Below are positions 60,128-64,000 of a stretch of DNA of 64,000 nucleotides, one piece after another. Each line of letters starts with the position of its first letter. Within the stretch, counting starts at the first letter, position 1. A program made the translations under genes and the position numbers. This DNA is from Gammaproteobacteria bacterium (lineage in GTDB: Bacteria; Pseudomonadota; Gammaproteobacteria; UBA4575): assembly GCA_045105815.1 (NCBI GenBank), contig JBGCDX010000097.1, positions 4,949 to 68,948 on the forward strand, given 5' to 3'. The notes beneath the pieces were generated by a model. It saw only the letters and a program-made list of their open reading frames with translations. It searched no databases and was not told the origin of the DNA.

Positions 60128-61018
60128 CTATGAGATGTCTTTCATTACTTTTTCCATCGTTGAGCCAAGCTCTGATGGATTGGGGACTACAGTGACGCCT
60201 GCTGCTTCTAGCATGGTTACTTTCTCTGCAGCACTTTCACCTACACCAGAAACAATCGCACCTGCGTGACCCATACGACGACCTTTCGGTGCAGTTAGGC
60301 CTGCGATGTAAGCAACTAATGGTTTAGTCATATGCTTTTTAAAGTATCCAGCAGCTTCAGCTTCTTGTGGGCCGCCGATTTCACCGATCATCATCACTGC
60401 TTTGGTTTCAGGGTCAGCTTCAAATAACTCTAAGATATCTTTATGAGAGCTACCGTTGATAGGGTCACCACCAATGCCAATACTGGTGCTGATACCGATG
60501 CCGAGCGCTTTCATCTGTGAAGCAGCTTCATAGCCGAGTGTGCCAGAGCGTGCGACTACACCGACGTTACCTTTTTGGTAAATATGGCCCGGCATAATGC
60601 CCAATAAGCACTTCTCAGGACTGATGCTGCCGGCACAGTTTGGGCCAGTTAGACGCATACGATCTTCTTTCTTGTAGCGGTACATGTAACGCTTAACACG
60701 CATCATGTCTTGCGCAGGGATACCGTCAGTGATGGATACACAGGTTTTGATACCCGCGTCAGCAGCTTCCATAATGCCATCTGCAGCAAAACCACCTGGA
60801 ACAAATACAATACTTGCATCGGCACCAGTGCTGGCTACCGCATCTTTTACCGTATTAAAAACGGGTAAACCCATATGAGTTTGTCCACCTTTACCAGGGG
60901 TTACACCACCCACTACGTTAGTGCCGTATTCAATCATCTCTTCAGCGTGGAAGGTTCCGATTTTTCCAGTAAAACCTTGAACAAGAACTTTAGTATTTTC
61001 GTCAATCATTATTGTCAT
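60128..61018 (-). CDS. mtkB: Malate--CoA ligase (malate thiokinase) alpha subunit, succinyl-CoA synthetase alpha-like
   Basis: 296 aa with the CoA-binding N-terminus, a SCS-alpha-type His-loop (GHAGA) and RSGTLGYE. Paired with the beta subunit and next to mcl. Confidence 0.8.
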   Translation of the reverse strand: MTIMIDENTKVLVQGFTGKIGTFHAEEMIEYGTNVVGGVTPGKGGQTHMGLPVFNTVKDAVASTGADASIVFVPGGFAADGIMEAADAGIKTCVSITDGIPAQDMMRVKRYMYRYKKEDRMRLTGPNCAGSISPEKCLLGIMPGHIYQKGNVGVVARSGTLGYEAASQMKALGIGISTSIGIGGDPINGSSHKDILELFEADPETKAVMMIGEIGGPQEAEAAGYFKKHMTKPLVAYIAGLTAPKGRRMGHAGAIVSGVGESAAEKVTMLEAAGVTVVPNPSELGSTMEKVMKDIS

Positions 61019-61032
61019 TTTTATTTCTCCCT

Positions 61033-62208
61033 CTAGCCTTTTGCAACACGGTTGCGTTCGGCCACTGCTTTTTCAGCAGCTTCGTCCAAAGTATCCGCTG
61101 TGATGAGTGGTTGACCACTGTCTCTTAGGATTTGCATACCTTTTTCAACATTGGTGCCTGATAGTCGAACGATAACAGGAACTTTAACGTCTAATTTTTC
61201 AAACGCTTGAACAACGCCTTCAGCAATCCAGTCGCAGCGATTAATACCGGCAAAAATGTTAACCAAAATAGCTTTAACATTCTCATCATCGAGTACTAAT
61301 TTAAATGCGCTAGCCACACGTTCAGGTGAAGCGCCACCACCGATGTCTAGGAAGTTTGCCGGTTCACCACCTTTATGTTTGATCATGTCCATGGTCGCCA
61401 TAGCCAAACCTGCACCATTAATCATGCAACCAATGTCGCCATCTAAGCCCACATAGCTTAAGCCGCGATCGGATGCTGAAGTTTCGCGTGGATCTTCTTG
61501 TGATTTGTCACGCAGTTCTGCAATACGAGGACGACGGAATAGAGCGTTGTCGTCGAAACCCATCTTTGCATCTAATGCTAGAACACGGTCATCTTTAGTC
61601 ACAACCATTGGATTGATTTCAACCATGGTGGCGTCATAGTCACGGAATGCACGATAAGCGCCTTTAATTGCGCGTACGGCCTGACTAGTTAATTCAGGTT
61701 TAATGCCTAATGCAAAGGCAAGTTCACGTGCTTGGAAGTCACGCAGGCCTACAGCTGGCTCAACCTCTAATTTATGAATCGCTTCTGGTTTAGTAGCAGC
61801 GACTTCTTCGATATCCATACCACCTTCTGTTGATGTTACGAAAACTACACGTTGCTTATCACGATCAAGCACTAATGCTAAGTACAGTTCTTTTAAGATA
61901 TCGGTAGCTTGCTCAACATAAAGTCGGTACACCACTTTTCCAGCGGGACCAGTTTGATGAGTAACTAAGCGTTTACCTAATAATTCATCCGCAGCATTCC
62001 AGATTTCTTCATCATTGGAGCAAAGCTTAATACCACCAGCTTTACCGCGTGCACCAGAGTGAATTTGTGCTTTGATGGCCCATTTACTACCACCAATTTC
62101 TTTGGCACGGTATACGGCTTGCTCAGGACTATAGGCTAATCCACCTGCAGCAATTCCTACGCCGCATTCGGATAAAATTTCTTTTGCTTGATACTCATGG
62201 ATATCCAC
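61033..62208 (-). CDS. mtkA: Malate--CoA ligase (malate thiokinase) beta subunit, ATP-grasp
   Basis: 391 aa. [12 protein letters not shown]...[16 protein letters not shown] is the SCS-beta-like ATP-grasp N-terminus. Confidence 0.8.
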   Translation of the reverse strand: MDIHEYQAKEILSECGVGIAAGGLAYSPEQAVYRAKEIGGSKWAIKAQIHSGARGKAGGIKLCSNDEEIWNAADELLGKRLVTHQTGPAGKVVYRLYVEQATDILKELYLALVLDRDKQRVVFVTSTEGGMDIEEVAATKPEAIHKLEVEPAVGLRDFQARELAFALGIKPELTSQAVRAIKGAYRAFRDYDATMVEINPMVVTKDDRVLALDAKMGFDDNALFRRPRIAELRDKSQEDPRETSASDRGLSYVGLDGDIGCMINGAGLAMATMDMIKHKGGEPANFLDIGGGASPERVASAFKLVLDDENVKAILVNIFAGINRCDWIAEGVVQAFEKLDVKVPVIVRLSGTNVEKGMQILRDSGQPLITADTLDEAAEKAVAERNRVAKG

Positions 62209-62413
62209 TAAAATTCCCTCCCGGAAAATGATTCGTTTTTATCTTATTGGCTTAATCTTGTAGATCGCCATGTTGGCCTCGGTAATTACCAGGCCAAACA
62301 ACTTTTATAGCCTATTCTGTTGTTCAAGAACAAACTCCCTTGTTGGGTAATTGCTCACTTAATGAGCAAAAGGATTCGAGAAATATGGAAAATAGACTAC
62401 GGTTGAGACAATA

Positions 62414-62467
62414 GTGCCCGCATTGCGGGCACTAAAAAACAACAAAAAAAGTTAGGGAATTCTAACT
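62414..62467 (-). terminator. Tandem stem-loops between mcl and mtkA: an AT-rich hairpin plus U-run (on minus, right after the mcl stop) and a strong GC hairpin GTGCCCGC-att-GCGGGCAC
   Basis: Read on the minus strand: AAAGTTAG-aattcc-CTAACTTT followed by TTTTTTTGTTGTTTTTT, then the 8-bp GC stem. Likely a partial terminator or processing site inside the serine-cycle operon. Confidence 0.5.
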
Positions 62468-63409
62468 TTAAGATTTAGCTGCAATCGCCTCGGCAGCACG
62501 AACAACGTTCTCTGCCATTTTTGCAGAAGCCGCGTCGATCATTTTGCCATCTAATGTAGCTGCGCCTTTACCTTCTTTGGCTGCTTTGTCGAGTTCCTCA
62601 AGAATGCGATGTGCTTTTGCAACTTCTTCTTTAGGCGGAGAAAATACTTCGTTCGCTAATTCGATTTGAGATGGGTGAATTGCCCACTTACCTTCAATAC
62701 CTAATGCCGCGCCACGGCGACATGCAAGTTGGTAACCTTCCGTGTCTTTGATATCACCATATGGACCGTCAATGGGACGTAAGCCGTATGCACGACATGC
62801 AACCACCATGCGTGAAATAGCGGAATGCCATTGGTCACCGGGATAATCTGGGTTTAAACCACCGATATTGACCGTGCGTGCACGGGTACTCGCTGAGTAG
62901 TCTGCTACACCAAAGTGCAAGGCTTCTAAACGTGGACTGGATTGTGCAATTTTTTCTACATTCGCCATACCTAGAGCCGTTTCAATGATGGCTTCTATGG
63001 CTATTTTGTTTTTAAACCCTTTTGCTTCTTCTATTTGAGTGAGAAGTGCATCTACCATGTATACATCTGCTGGGTCACCCGCTTTTGGAATAAAAATTGT
63101 GTCTAGTTTTTCACCAGCTTGTTCAACCAGGTCAATGACATCACGATACATAAAATGAGTATCAAGACCGTTAATTCGCACTACAATGGTTTTTCCTTTA
63201 CCTGCCCAGTCAATTCCATTTACGGCTTCGATTGCATTTTTGCGAGCTTGTACTTTATCTCCAGGCGCCACGGCATCTTCTAAATCTAAAAATACGAAGT
63301 CTGCAGCGCTGTCAGCTGATTTTTCAATCATCTTGACGTTGGATGCAGGAACAGCGAGCTCACATCGCTGTACTCTTGATCTTGCTGGTGTGGGTTGTGT
63401 AAAACTCAT
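62468..63409 (-). CDS. mcl: Malyl-CoA lyase (HpcH/HpaI/CitE-like aldolase family)
   Basis: 313 aa, CitE-like fold (DLEDAVAP, GKWAIHPSQI). Located between sga and mtkAB. Confidence 0.8.
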   Translation of the reverse strand: MSFTQPTPARSRVQRCELAVPASNVKMIEKSADSAADFVFLDLEDAVAPGDKVQARKNAIEAVNGIDWAGKGKTIVVRINGLDTHFMYRDVIDLVEQAGEKLDTIFIPKAGDPADVYMVDALLTQIEEAKGFKNKIAIEAIIETALGMANVEKIAQSSPRLEALHFGVADYSASTRARTVNIGGLNPDYPGDQWHSAISRMVVACRAYGLRPIDGPYGDIKDTEGYQLACRRGAALGIEGKWAIHPSQIELANEVFSPPKEEVAKAHRILEELDKAAKEGKGAATLDGKMIDAASAKMAENVVRAAEAIAAKS

Positions 63410-63446
63410 ATTGTGTACCTTCTATTTGATTATTATCTATTTTTAA

Positions 63447-64000
63447 TTACTTCTTGGGGCTTTGGCTTTTAGTAGCTTTTCTCTTAGCCGGTATCTTTTT
63501 CTTTGTAGGAGCTTTGGGAGCAGCGAACTTTTTAATTTTCTTTCCGGTCTTTCGGTAGTAAGCACCTGCAGCAGCAACACCACTTCCTGGTTTGATCTTA
63601 ATGCCAGCATCAAGCAGTGCCATTTCTACAGTGCCTAAAGCAGCCATCATGCGAGCTTCATTATTATCACCAAGGTGACCGATACGGAAAACCTTACCTG
63701 CTACTTTTGATAAGCCAGCGCCGAGTGAGATGTTGTACTTATGGTAAGCAATATGAATTACTTCATTCGCATTTTTGTTTTCAGGAACCACAATTGCAGT
63801 TACAGTATCTGAACTCAACTTGGAAGATTTTGCACAAGTCTTTAAGCCCCATGCTTTAACTGCAAGACGAACACCTTCTGCTAAACGGTAATGACGTTTA
63901 TGACAGTTATCTAGACCTTCGCCTAAAATTAAATCAATCGACGCACGTAGTCCGCGTAACATGGGTACAGATGGAGTGTAAGGAAAGAAGCCATCTTTGT
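63447..64000 (-). CDS. sga: Serine--glyoxylate aminotransferase (class V aminotransferase), 3' part only (5' end beyond the window); carries a Lys-rich C-terminal extension
   Basis: The frame stays open to the window edge (…KDGFFPYTPSVPMLRGLRASIDLI…FRIGHLGDNN…). AGXT-family C-terminal domain followed by KKIKKFAAPKAPTKKKIPAKRKATKSQSPKK. Confidence 0.8.
   Translation of the reverse strand, partial: KDGFFPYTPSVPMLRGLRASIDLILGEGLDNCHKRHYRLAEGVRLAVKAWGLKTCAKSSKLSSDTVTAIVVPENKNANEVIHIAYHKYNISLGAGLSKVAGKVFRIGHLGDNNEARMMAALGTVEMALLDAGIKIKPGSGVAAAGAYYRKTGKKIKKFAAPKAPTKKKIPAKRKATKSQSPKK

Noticed and set aside
62414-62432. GC hairpin considered as a plus-strand terminator
   Set aside because: On the plus strand it is followed by an A-run, not a U-run, and no plus-strand gene ends nearby. 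Interpreted instead as part of the minus-strand intergenic structure.

Overview
The window is a 64 kb chromosomal segment (about 40% GC) from a Gram-negative methylotroph, probably a gammaproteobacterium. It runs from housekeeping blocks in the same order as E. coli into a serine-cycle C1-assimilation cluster. Gene content, in order:

1. tpx (5' partial), a PlsC-like acyltransferase and a YyaL-like thioredoxin-domain protein.
2. lgt-thyA-folA, then apaH, apaG, rsmA, pdxA, surA and lptD on the minus strand, with three small inserted genes.
3. A divergent RND efflux pair and rhlE.
4. A formamide/urea module: fmdA, fmdB and a five-gene urtABCDE-like ABC transporter. Both units carry sigma-54-type promoters preceded by a repeated TTTNGTGCAYAAA box. 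A degenerate serine-recombinase fragment lies between them.
5. A K+-dependent-type H+-pyrophosphatase (hppA).
6. A long cell-wall block, mrdA-rodA-mltB-rlpA-dacA-dat-ybeD-lipB-lipA-elyC, converging on a tightly packed minus-strand operon: small membrane protein, lemA, DUF2207 (Gly-rich tail), amgK, murU.
7. tag, a GST-like gene, osmC and several hypothetical membrane proteins.
8. A GFA-family protein, a short BLUF blue-light photoreceptor and a membrane-anchored cold-shock-domain protein.
9. argA and argE.
10. A minus-strand serine-cycle cluster: sga (3' part only; its 5' end lies beyond the window), mcl, mtkA, mtkB, hprA, ppc, mtdA.

I found no rRNA, tRNA, CRISPR array or intact mobile element. 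The parts worth follow-up are the fmd/urt regulatory architecture with the recombinase relic, the LemA/DUF2207 pair fused to the MurNAc-recycling genes, the BLUF/membrane-CSD neighbourhood, and the hairpin-punctuated serine-cycle operon whose Sga carries an unusual Lys-rich tail.
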